Of a stretch of DNA of 64,000 bases, positions 1 to 9,500 are shown one piece after another. The stretch is taken from NCBI GenBank assembly GCA_041671565.1, contig JBAZBH010000004.1, forward strand, positions 9,308 to 73,307. Direction: 5' to 3'. Source of the DNA: Patescibacteria group bacterium. Its GTDB lineage: Bacteria; Patescibacteriota; Patescibacteriia; JACRDY01. The position numbers and the translations under genes were made by a program. Each line of letters opens with the position of its first letter. Position 1 is the stretch's first letter. The notes beneath the pieces were generated by a model. It was not told the origin of the DNA and made no database searches. It was given only the letters and a program-made list of their open reading frames with translations.

Positions 1-228
1 GGCGCCACAACCGCTACTTATTTGAATAAAGTCGTTAGCCGGATCATCCTGGGCGGCGCTTTATTCCTCGGTATTATTGCGGTTTTGCCGTTAACGGTCC
101 GATACCTTACCGGCATGCAGACGCTGGCAATTGGCGGCACTTCGCTTTTGATTGTGGTGTCGGTGGTGATTGAAATTGTTAAACAAGTGGAATCACAGTT
201 GACGATGCGGGACTATGAAGGATTTTAG
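1..228 (+). CDS. secY: Preprotein translocase SecY, C-terminal fragment (starts before the window)
   Basis: Open frame from base 1 ending GGTSLLIVVSVVIEIVKQVESQLTMRDYEGF, the typical SecY C-terminus. Confidence 0.95.
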   Translation, partial: GATTATYLNKVVSRIILGGALFLGIIAVLPLTVRYLTGMQTLAIGGTSLLIVVSVVIEIVKQVESQLTMRDYEGF

Positions 229-267
229 GTAGGCAGGAGGATAGGAAGTTAGGAGGTTAGGAAGATA

Positions 268-291
268 GGCGCCCGAGGGGCGTTCTTTTTT
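268..291 (+). terminator. Probable intrinsic terminator after secY
   Basis: GGCGCCC-GAG-GGGCGTT hairpin followed by a T-run. Confidence 0.6.
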
Positions 292-292
292 G

Positions 293-460
293 TAGATTTA
301 AGAATCAAGAATAAATGCCCAATGCCCAAGCTCCAATGTCCAATCAAATCCCAATGACCAATGTCCAACCCCAACGGGGTCGCTTCGGGATTACCACCTT
401 TGGTCATTGGACATTGATTGGACATTGGGATTTGGATATTGGACATTTTTACCATAGTTA
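293..460. repeat. Composite palindromic element of tandem CCAATG(T/A) heptamers (family A)
   Basis: Left arm ccaatgt repeats, right arm acattgg repeats; near-identical to 60850-60990 (inverted) and 61852-61990. Confidence 0.9.
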
Positions 461-577
461 TTCGTTCAAGTCAGAATCATTGATATTCTTAAAATTACCC
501 TAAAATTAAACTATTTTCGCCATTTGCTTTAGAATAATTTTTTTGTTATAATAGCCTCGTTAATTAAACCAATTTTT

Positions 578-1186
578 ATGGTGTTTCTACCGTGGCAAAA
601 GAGCAATTTCTGGCAAAATGAAAAACTGCGCGAAGCGGTCGGTTTTAGCTTAGAAATCATTAAAATCGTCATTATTTCTCTGGCCATCATTTTTCCGGTG
701 CGCTATTTTCTGATTCAGCCGTTTTATGTCAAAGGCGCGTCGATGGAGCCGAATTTTTATAATCACGAGTATTTGATTATCAATGAGATTTCCTATCGGT
801 TTGAAGCGCCCGTCCGCGGCGAGATTGTGGTTTTCCGGCCGCCGAATGGGCCAGCCGGCGATTTCTTTATCAAACGGATTATTGGTTTGCCGGGCGACCG
901 GGTGGTGGTCCAAGACGGTAAAATCAAGATTTTTAACGAAACTCATCCTACTGGAGTGGTTTTAGATGAAACCCAGTATTTGGAGCGGCGGCTAGTGACC
1001 GCCGGCAATTCAGATGTGACACTCGGCGCTAATGAATATTTTGTTTGCGGCGACAACCGGCCTTCTAGCCTTGATTCACGGACTTTTGGGCCGATCAAGG
1101 CGAGCAGTATTGTCGGCAAGGTTTGGTTGCGCGGCTGGCCCTTTGACCGGGTGACGATTTTCGGAGTGCCGGCGTATAATTTATAG
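578..1186 (+). CDS. lepB: Signal peptidase I
   Basis: N-terminal TM, GASMEP catalytic Ser box, FIKRIIGLPGD Lys box, GDNR..S.DSR.FG motif. Confidence 0.95.
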   Translation: MVFLPWQKSNFWQNEKLREAVGFSLEIIKIVIISLAIIFPVRYFLIQPFYVKGASMEPNFYNHEYLIINEISYRFEAPVRGEIVVFRPPNGPAGDFFIKRIIGLPGDRVVVQDGKIKIFNETHPTGVVLDETQYLERRLVTAGNSDVTLGANEYFVCGDNRPSSLDSRTFGPIKASSIVGKVWLRGWPFDRVTIFGVPAYNL

Positions 1187-1266
1187 GAGGTTAAGAGGAT
1201 AGGAGGTTAGGATGATAGGAGGCTTATTTTCCTATCCTCTTATCATCCTATCCTCCTAACTACCTA
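1184..1266. repeat. Palindromic element of tandem 8-mers (TAGGAGGA/T ... CCTATCCT)
   Basis: Inverted arms between the lepB stop and hisS start; a half copy lies at about 229-267. Confidence 0.8.
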
Positions 1267-1269
1267 TTT

Positions 1270-2664
1270 ATGCCTAAGAAAAAAATTATCAAAAATCACA
1301 TGCCAGTAAAAAAAATCAGCCCGACACAGACCAAGGCCGAAAGAGAAGTGGTGGCCGAGGAAAAACGCGAAAAAATCCGCAAGGGTTTTCAGTTGCTCCG
1401 GGGAATGAAGGATATCTTGCCATCCGATCAGCCGGCTTGGCAGTTTTTGTATAAAAAAGCCGAGGAATTGACTGGTTTTTATGGCTTCAGGCGGATTGAG
1501 ACGCCGATTTTGGAGTCCAGTAATCTCTTTAAACGCTCGGTCGGCGATGTGACCGATATCGTGGAAAAGGAGATGTACACCTTCAATGATCCGGGCGGCG
1601 AGTCAGTTAGCCTGCGGCCAGAGGCGACCGCTTCAGTTTGCCGGGCTTACCTAGAACACGGTTTAATCAACCAACCTCAGCCAGTTAAACTCTGCTATTG
1701 GGGACCAATGTTTCGCCATGACCGGCCGCAAAACGGCCGTTACCGCCAGTTTCACCAATGGGGCGCGGAAACTATCGGCGAGATCAATCCGGCGGTGGAC
1801 GCGGAGTTAATTCTCTTGGCTTGGTTGTTTTTCAAGGAAATCGGCCTTAAAGTCAATCTGCAAATCAACAGCATCGGCTGTCCGAACTGCCGGCCGGAAT
1901 ATAAAAAGAATTTGGTGGCTTATTACCGCCGCAAGAAAAAGCACTTGTGCGCGGACTGCCAGCGGCGGCTCCTTAAAAATCCGTTGCGGCTTTTGGATTG
2001 CAAAGAAGAAGGTTGCCAAGAGGCCAAGGCCGAGGCGCCGCAGATTATTGATTGGCTGTGTGAGGAATGTAAAAATCACTTCATGAAAGTTTTGGAGTAT
2101 TTGGATAGCATGGAAATACCTTACCAATTGGATAATTTCTTGGTGCGCGGCCTGGATTATTACACCAAAACCATTTTTGAATTTTATCCGGCGGCCGCGG
2201 CGAAAGAAGGCGAAGAAGCCACGCGCCAGTCGGCTCTCGGCGGGGGCGGGCGCTATGACGGCCTTTTGGAAATTTTGGGCGGCCGGCCGACTCCGGGCGG
2301 CGGCTTTAGCCTGGGGATTGAACGGATTATCAATGAAATGCGCCGCCAAGAAGTGGAGCCGACGGTAAAAAAACCGCCGCAGATATTTCTCGCTCAGATT
2401 GGCGAGCAAGCGAAGCAAAAGGCTTTCCGGCTTTTTGAGGAACTCCGCCGGGAAAAATTACCCGCCGGCCAGATGTTTGGCAAAGACAGCCTGAAAGCCC
2501 AACTAGAAATCGCCGATAAAATGGGCGTTAAATATGTTTTGATTTTGGGCCAAAAAGAAATCTTGGAAGATACGGTCCTGCTCCGCGACATGGACGGCGG
2601 AGTGCAGGAAACCATTGGCTTTGACCGCGCGGTGGCCGAAGTCAAGAAGAAATTAAAGAGCTAA
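1270..2664 (+). CDS. hisS: Histidine--tRNA ligase
   Basis: RGMKD, KEMY, LRPEAT, FRHDRPQNGRYRQFHQ, LVRGLDYYT, GGGGRYDGL motifs. Confidence 0.97.
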   Translation: MPKKKIIKNHMPVKKISPTQTKAEREVVAEEKREKIRKGFQLLRGMKDILPSDQPAWQFLYKKAEELTGFYGFRRIETPILESSNLFKRSVGDVTDIVEKEMYTFNDPGGESVSLRPEATASVCRAYLEHGLINQPQPVKLCYWGPMFRHDRPQNGRYRQFHQWGAETIGEINPAVDAELILLAWLFFKEIGLKVNLQINSIGCPNCRPEYKKNLVAYYRRKKKHLCADCQRRLLKNPLRLLDCKEEGCQEAKAEAPQIIDWLCEECKNHFMKVLEYLDSMEIPYQLDNFLVRGLDYYTKTIFEFYPAAAAKEGEEATRQSALGGGGRYDGLLEILGGRPTPGGGFSLGIERIINEMRRQEVEPTVKKPPQIFLAQIGEQAKQKAFRLFEELRREKLPAGQMFGKDSLKAQLEIADKMGVKYVLILGQKEILEDTVLLRDMDGGVQETIGFDRAVAEVKKKLKS

Positions 2665-2665
2665 A

Positions 2666-2797
2666 CGCGATGCTAAATGCGATGCTAATCTACGAATGAC
2701 CCCAGCATACGCGGGGCAGGCATGCGAATGCTACAAATAAGGCTCCGCATTTGTAGATTCGCATGTAATCCGTAGCATTCGCATCGCTTCCAGCCAG
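2666..2797. repeat. Palindromic element of ~9-mer GCGAATGCT/ACGAAT units (family B) with a 21-bp insert
   Basis: Homologous to 30952-31097 and to the half copy at 27901-27953. Confidence 0.85.
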
Positions 2798-2863
2798 ATG
2801 GACAAAGCGAGCCACGCGAATTATCGGCGGAGATTAACAGTTAGTCATTATATTCTTTATAAT

Positions 2864-3199
2864 ATGTGTGTGTTTTGCCAGATTATTAATAAAGAGATCC
2901 CGTCAAAACTGTTGTTTGAAGATGATGAAATGGTGGCTTTCCCTGATATTAAGCCGTCGACGGCGGTCCACCTTTTAATTGTCCCCAAAAAGCATTTGGC
3001 GTCTTTAGCCGAAGTGGATGACTTGGACCAAGAGCTTTTGGGTCGGCTCTTGTACCGGGCGAAAGAGCTGGCGGCGGAACAGGGGATTGCTGAAGGCGGT
3101 TATAAGATCGTGATCAATACCGGCAAAGACGGCGGCCAAATTGTGCCGCATTTACACCTGCACCTTTTGGGCGGCGAGCCGCTAAAACATCCGGTTTAA
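2864..3199 (+). CDS. HIT family (histidine triad) nucleotide-binding protein
   Basis: MCVFCQI start and GQIVPHLHLH triad; start moved from 2798 to the ATG at 2864. Confidence 0.93.
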   Translation: MCVFCQIINKEIPSKLLFEDDEMVAFPDIKPSTAVHLLIVPKKHLASLAEVDDLDQELLGRLLYRAKELAAEQGIAEGGYKIVINTGKDGGQIVPHLHLHLLGGEPLKHPV

Positions 3200-3226
3200 G
3201 GCTGTGAATTTGCCACCAGATTCCTT

Positions 3227-3255
3227 TTGACAGCGTTGGTTTTTAATGATATTAT
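3227..3255 (+). promoter_or_regulatory. Sigma70-type promoter for rpsU-yqeY
   Basis: TTGACA-17 bp-TATTAT with TG extended -10. Confidence 0.65.
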
Positions 3256-3325
3256 TTAGTTGAGATTAGCTAATAAATAACAGGATAGCTTTATGGCTAT
3301 TCTGACTTAGAAAGGCAGGTGTAAC

Positions 3326-3556
3326 ATGTCAGAAGTCAAACGGAAAAAAGGCGAATCTTTCGAGGCGCTTTTACGGCGGTTTAATAAGACCACAATTCGC
3401 AGTGGCCGGATTTTACAAGCCAAGAAAATCCAGTTTTATCGCAAGCCGAAAAATAAAAGCGCGCGCAAGACCTCCGCTCTCCGCTCCAAAGAGCTGCGGG
3501 AAAAGCGCGAGTATTTGCGTAAAATCGGCAAATTACCCGAAGAATATCAAAGATAA
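3326..3556 (+). CDS. rpsU: 30S ribosomal protein S21
   Basis: ESFEALLRRF motif, basic 76 aa, upstream of yqeY as usual. Confidence 0.88.
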   Translation: MSEVKRKKGESFEALLRRFNKTTIRSGRILQAKKIQFYRKPKNKSARKTSALRSKELREKREYLRKIGKLPEEYQR

Positions 3557-3561
3557 AATTT

Positions 3562-4002
3562 GTGTCTTTACTGGAAACTATTGAGCAAGATTTCCAAGCG
3601 GCGATGAAAAGCCGGACCGCAACCGTAGTTTCTACTCTACGGTTGCTTAAGGCTGAAATCATGAAAAAAGAGCGCGCCGGCAAGGAGCTGAAAGCTTTGA
3701 CTGAGGAGGAAGTAGCGGCGGCAGTAAAAGGCCAGATTAAACAGCGGCAGGATTCGATTGCCGAATACCAGAAGGCTGGTCGGGCTGATTTAGCCGAGCC
3801 GGAAGAGGCCGAGCTCAAGATTCTCCAGAAATATCTGCCCGAACAGCTGTCCGAGGCGGAAATTGAAAAGCTGGTTGAGGCGGCCGCCGCGGAAGTCGGT
3901 ACAGCCAATTTTGGCCAGCTGATGGGCGCGGTGATGAAAAAAGTCGGCGGCGCGGCGGACGGTAGTGTGGTTAGCCGGCTAGTTAAAAACAAAATAGTCT
4001 GA
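3562..4002 (+). CDS. GatB/YqeY domain protein
   Basis: AMKS..LRLLK..KQRQDSIAEY..GR.DL..E..IL..YLP.QLS..MG.VM..ADG pattern. Confidence 0.93.
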   Translation: MSLLETIEQDFQAAMKSRTATVVSTLRLLKAEIMKKERAGKELKALTEEEVAAAVKGQIKQRQDSIAEYQKAGRADLAEPEEAELKILQKYLPEQLSEAEIEKLVEAAAAEVGTANFGQLMGAVMKKVGGAADGSVVSRLVKNKIV

Positions 4003-4179
4003 GATGGTTACAAAATTGTTTTTGCCGTAATTTGTCCTTTTTGGCTAAGGCTTCGTCAAGGTAGCGACAAAATTATTTTCGTCGTAGCTCGGCTACGGCT
4101 CAAATCATTTTGTCGCCCTTTCCTCGCCTTAACCAAAAAGTCCTAAATTCCGCCTAAAAACAGTTTTGTAACCATCTCA
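4000..4179. mobile_element. 180-bp MITE-like imperfect palindrome
   Basis: Perfect 16-bp terminal inverted repeat TGAGATGGTTACAAAA/TTTTGTAACCATCTCA; pairing continues to a central CGTAGC-TCG-GCTACG. Confidence 0.7.
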
Positions 4180-4238
4180 CAGTAAATAGTTATAAATTGG
4201 GCGAGAAGATGGCGGGTTACTTCAAATTTTTTAAACCC

Positions 4239-6536
4239 ATGAGCCCCAAGAAAAACAAAAAAATCCTAGTGAGTTTTGCCGGCATTGTTTTAGTGCTGGT
4301 TTTTTTATTATTGGGCGTGAAGCTGGCTTTAGCCTTAGATCAAACGACACTGGGCCTGCAACCGGTCGCCGAGAGCACGATTTTGCCGACAACCGACATT
4401 CGGGTGATTGTGGCGCGGATTATCCAGGTGGCGCTCGGCGTAGTCGGCCTGCTGTCGGTCGGCATGATTATCTATGCCGGCTGGCTTTGGATGACTTCAG
4501 GCGGGGAAGAGGATAAGATCAGTGAGGCTAAGAAAACCATGCTGAACTGGGCGATTGGTCTAATTATTATTTTTCTCGCTTTTGCGATTGTTACCTTTAT
4601 TTTCCAGATGCTGGGCGTGCAGATGGACGGGTTTATCTTCAGCGAGCGGCCGGGGACTAATAGCTTCGGCACTGGGGCGCTCGGCAACGGCATTATCGAG
4701 AGCCATTATCCGGCCCGGGACGCCGTTGGCATACCGCGCAACACACGGATCATTGTGACTTTTAAAGAGGCAATAAGCTTGTCGACGATATTTGATGCGG
4801 CGGCTGGTATTAGGCAAACTGAAAATCCGGTAACTCATGTGATTAAATACAGCGGTTTTTTAAATAGCGACAATATTAAAATTTTTGCTAAAGAATTAGA
4901 TGATGCCGCCACCACGGAGATCGAAGGCGCTCTCGCCTCAACTGAAGTGACCGTGGTGACGATTGATAAAAAAACTTTTACTTTTTCGCCGCCTTTACTC
5001 GGCAGCCAGTCGCATAATATGGATTATGCCGTGCGGCTGGGCGAGGGGTTGAAAAAATCTAACGGCGACAACGCTTTTCCGGCCGGAATAAACAGTTTTT
5101 ACATCTGGCAGTTCCAAGTCAGCACTTTTCTCGATATCACGCCGCCGCGAGTGGTGGATTTTTTCCCGCAACATGACCCACTGGGCGGAACGCCGGAATA
5201 CCGGAATGCGATTGTCCAGATTACTTTTGACGAGGCAATTGATCCGACCACGGTTGACCGACTGACGGTTTATGAGCTTGATGCGCCTAACGGATTGATA
5301 ACGAAACCGGTTGTCGGCAAATTTAGTATCTCCAATCAATATAAAACCTTGGAATTTGTGCCGGATGATTTTTGCGGGGTGAACTCTTGCGGCGACGAAA
5401 TTTTCTGTTTGCCGAAGGACACCAATCTTAAAGTGGTGGCGCCGGCCGGCACTTTATATATTGATCCCATTACTCATGAACCTTCTCCGGATTGGCCGGC
5501 TAAGAGCGATGGATTGGATGGCATTACCGATGTCTGTGCCAACTCGCTTAACGGCAACGGCACGGCGGGCGCGATTTGCGCGGATGACCGCGAAGTGGAA
5601 ATAGACGGCGCGTTTCCGTTTAATTGTTTAGGTAATACCGCGGCCGAGGTTGGCGGGGTGCCGGTGGTTCATCTTGGCCATTGCGCTTGCGCCATCGGTC
5701 CCAATCCGGCGCCAACGGCGGTTCAGGGCGCCACCCCACCACATTGGGATAACTTTGTCTGGCAGTTTAAAGCGGGCGATGAGATAAAAGTTACCCCGCC
5801 GCTGCTGGAAGAAATCAAACCCGGGCCGACCATTGACGATCGGAGTTGGGTGAATCTGGCGGCGGCGGCCACCGGCAAATTTGACGGACGGATGATGGGC
5901 CAGACCCTGACTAGCGACAATATTAGGCTAAAAACCGATAATAAAATTTTGTTTCCGCCGGATACTACCCAGCCTTTAGACGAGACGGATTTCCTTTGGT
6001 ATTTTATCCATTTTGATAACGAAGGCACTCCCCACCAAGTCCCGGCTTGCCAAAAAGCGTCGGCAACCAGAGAACTTAATTGTACAGACTTGGCCGGGTC
6101 GCAAGCGATGTGCCAGAATTCGGCTTGGCAGTGCCATTGGGTTAGTCCTAATGAATGTTTTTATGGTTGGCCGGATATCGAAGATCGGCCACAATGTTCG
6201 GATATTACTAATGAGGCCGAGTGCGGGCAAACTAGCGGCATTTGCGCTTGGCAACCGACCGGCGGAGTGAACACCACCTACAAAACCAAAGTTTATATTG
6301 AGCACCGGCCGTATCAAGAGACGCTAAGGACTCAATCGTCAGCTTTTGACTATTCAACGCATTTTCTTTCCGGGGTTAAAGATGTTTATCAGAATTGCTA
6401 TAAACCTTCCAGTTTACATGTTAATGCGACTGATTGGTGTGACGGTACTGATTCTTGTTGTATTAGTCAGTATTATTATTCTTATACTGGGGCGTGTCCG
6501 GAGCCTTTGCCGGTGGATTGGACGCCGGAAGAATAA
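4239..6536 (+). CDS. TrbC/VirB2-like pilin N-terminus fused to Ig-like and Cys-rich extracellular domains
   Basis: Signal peptide (ALA), pilin pattern IIYAGWLWMTSGG.EDKI..AKK.M...IGL.II..AF; Ig-like P....VTF.E repeats; start placed at the ATG at 4239. Confidence 0.8.
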   Translation: MSPKKNKKILVSFAGIVLVLVFLLLGVKLALALDQTTLGLQPVAESTILPTTDIRVIVARIIQVALGVVGLLSVGMIIYAGWLWMTSGGEEDKISEAKKTMLNWAIGLIIIFLAFAIVTFIFQMLGVQMDGFIFSERPGTNSFGTGALGNGIIESHYPARDAVGIPRNTRIIVTFKEAISLSTIFDAAAGIRQTENPVTHVIKYSGFLNSDNIKIFAKELDDAATTEIEGALASTEVTVVTIDKKTFTFSPPLLGSQSHNMDYAVRLGEGLKKSNGDNAFPAGINSFYIWQFQVSTFLDITPPRVVDFFPQHDPLGGTPEYRNAIVQITFDEAIDPTTVDRLTVYELDAPNGLITKPVVGKFSISNQYKTLEFVPDDFCGVNSCGDEIFCLPKDTNLKVVAPAGTLYIDPITHEPSPDWPAKSDGLDGITDVCANSLNGNGTAGAICADDREVEIDGAFPFNCLGNTAAEVGGVPVVHLGHCACAIGPNPAPTAVQGATPPHWDNFVWQFKAGDEIKVTPPLLEEIKPGPTIDDRSWVNLAAAATGKFDGRMMGQTLTSDNIRLKTDNKILFPPDTTQPLDETDFLWYFIHFDNEGTPHQVPACQKASATRELNCTDLAGSQAMCQNSAWQCHWVSPNECFYGWPDIEDRPQCSDITNEAECGQTSGICAWQPTGGVNTTYKTKVYIEHRPYQETLRTQSSAFDYSTHFLSGVKDVYQNCYKPSSLHVNATDWCDGTDSCCISQYYYSYTGACPEPLPVDWTPEE

Positions 6537-6548
6537 AAAATAAATAGC

Positions 6549-9500
6549 ATGTTTAAGAAATTCAGTAAAATTTTTTTGGTGCTAGGTTTGACCGCAGTTT
6601 TGTTGCTGACGGCTTTTGGCGTCAGAACCGCGCTGGCGGCTGATGCCACTGACCTCGGTTTGTCTTATGTTAGCAATAACACCATATTGCCGACCGGCGA
6701 CATTCGGGTGTTGATTGCCAATATCATCCGCTACGCGCTGGGACTCCTCGGGATCGTGGCGGTGGTGATTTGCCTTTACGGCGGCTGGCTGTATATGACT
6801 TCGCAGGGCAATGAAGAGCAGACCACCAGGGCTAAAGCCGTTCTCCGCGACGGGCTGATCGGCCTCGCGATTATTTTGCTCGCTTTTGCCATTGTTTCCT
6901 TGGTCTTTAATTTCTTGGTTAATGCCACTAACCCAGGAGAAAGCTGCGCGCCTGGTGATCCGCCTCGGGGTTGCAATTGGGCTCCAGGACCTAATTGTTC
7001 TGGCACTCAACGCTGTGAGAGTAATAACCGTTGGGGCGGTTGTATTCCCAATTACCCGATACCACCTGAGTGCGAACTTCGTGATCAATTCTATATTCAT
7101 CATTTTTCGCCGCCACCTTATCCGCCGGTTACCGACCCATCAAAAATTGGTTATTGGCATGCGATTAAAGTCCGCAATGCGACCGAGGAGATAACTTTTA
7201 GCATGGCGGTTAATCCCGAGACTTTATTTGAAACCGCGCCAGATTCAGCGGCGTCGACTGCGGAGCCGGCTTTTATTGTGAGTAAAACATTTTTAAGTTT
7301 AAGCGGTGTTGATTATAGCGACCACTTGGTGATGACGGCGTCCAAGACCGGAAACGGAATAGAGATATTGTCAAACGGACAGAATGTGGCGCCTCTGGCT
7401 GACGGCATAAATAATTTCAAGTGGGCGGTCGTCAAGGTGACTGGCGGAAATTGGTCGGGCGACAACATCACGGTGATATTCCGGACTGATCAAATAACCA
7501 ATCAAGGTGATCTAGAGAGCTGGCTCGGCCAGCACAATGACATTGACGCGGGAAATTATACGGTGGTCAATATATTTGCGGTGGAAATTGCGGCCGCCGG
7601 GGTAGGCCATGACTACTTTACAGAATTCCCGCCAGCGGCCACCTATGCCGCCGGATCCGATCCGGCTGGCAGTATTTATTTGAACTACAGCGCGGCGGAG
7701 GCCGCCCAATCTGGTTCGGCGCGCATTAAGGTTTATAATCTCGGTATTACTTATGACCCAGCGAGCGCTGATCCGGCTAGGCATTTAGACGCGGTGGGCC
7801 AGCAACTTAAAGATATGTCAGAAGCTGATCTCAAGGCTTTGATGTTGCCCGATAAGCAAGTAGCCGGTGATTTGGTGGTGGTCAATGGGACAATAGTAGC
7901 GTTTAACCCGTCCGCGCCTTGCCCGGCAGGCCATGAGACTTTCTTTTGCTTTGATCAAAATACGGCCTATGGTGTGCTGGTGCTACCGGGTGTGGAAAGC
8001 CAGACGGGCAAACGGCTATTAGTGGACAGCGCTTGGCCTGATTTTGCTTACTTCTTGACCGGCGACAAAATCGACACCGAAGCGCCGGCAGTTACCTTAA
8101 ATATGCCGTTTGAAGGCCAGGGAGTTTGCGCCGACCAGTTTAACTTATCACCCGCCCAGAGCAATCTACAAAGTGACGCTCGGGATGACACCGAGATTAC
8201 GCGGGTGGCTTATTCAGTTTATGACGCTTCCGGTCCCCGGGGGCAATTGCCGATTCATTATTTTATTGATGGTGGCACTGGAAAAATTATGCCGAATACA
8301 GAAGCGTTATGGCATATTGACTATCCGAGCGGCGGACCGCTACCCGATAAGTATATTTCTTATGGTTCTTGGGATACTTATGGCTTTACATTTGTTACTC
8401 CACCACCACCGCGGGTGACTGTCAAAGCCGAAGCTCATGACTGGAATTTGAGTGTGGAAGACAGTAATACGGTGGTGATGCGGGCGGATCACTGTTGTAA
8501 TGGGAAAAAAGACCTCGATGAAACCGGAGTTGATTGCGGCGGGGCGTGGTGCGGCGGTTGTGACGGCGACGCTTGCAGTCTGGATACACAGTCTTGCCAG
8601 CCTGATCCCACGCTTTGCGCTTCCAGTTTTTGCGATCCGACCACCTGTGTTTGCCGGCATTTGCCAATCATTACTGAGGTGGATCCGGGTAATGGCGCGC
8701 CCGGCAATTTTATTACTATTTATGGCAAGTTTTTTGGGTCGCAGATCGGGCAAGTGGTATTTCTCGGCGCGGCTGGAGCCGGCGACGATAAAGTTGCTAA
8801 ATTACCGAACGAAATTAACCCGGCTTGCGGCAATACCTGGCAAGATGAACAGATTGTGGTGGCGGTGCCAACTGGCGCGGTTGATGGCCCAATTAAGGTG
8901 GTGACGGCGGGCGGCTTGGAAGACACCACCGAGTCCGGACCTTTACACCAAAGATATCCGGAAGAAGTGGTAATGACTTTTGATGTTAATCTGACTTTGC
9001 GGCCGGGGGCTTGTTTACTTCGTCCCGCGAGCGGTAAATTTAGCGAACAGGTGGATATTGTTGGCACCGGCTTTGGCCTGGGCACCGGCACTAGTGACAA
9101 AGTTTATTTTGGTACTATCGTTGGACCGGCAGTGGCTAACAGTTGGACACAAACGACGGTCGGGGCGCAGGTGCCAAATATCGCGGGCGGGCAAACCGTG
9201 GCGGTCAAAGTGCAAGTTGGGGCGGAGCAGAGCAATGGGCTGAGGTTTAATGTTACCGACGAAGGGGATAATAATTTTCCGCAGATTAATTATTTGGATC
9301 CGGTTGATGGCAATATCGGCCAATATGTGACAATTTTTGGCAAGAATTTTGGCGGCGACACCGGCACGGTGTTGTTCACTTATAACGCCGGCAGTGAAGC
9401 TCAGACCGCGTGGGGCGACTTTAATTTTCCGGCCGGTTGCGGCCAGACTTGGTCTGATAGCCAGATCATTGTTAAAGTGCCGCCGAGCTTTTTAAGTATT

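Noticed and set aside
249-503. ORFs 249..455 (-) and 315..503 (+), also 61766..61951 (-), with IGHW repeats
   Set aside because: They are translations of the CCAATG heptamer palindromes, not real genes
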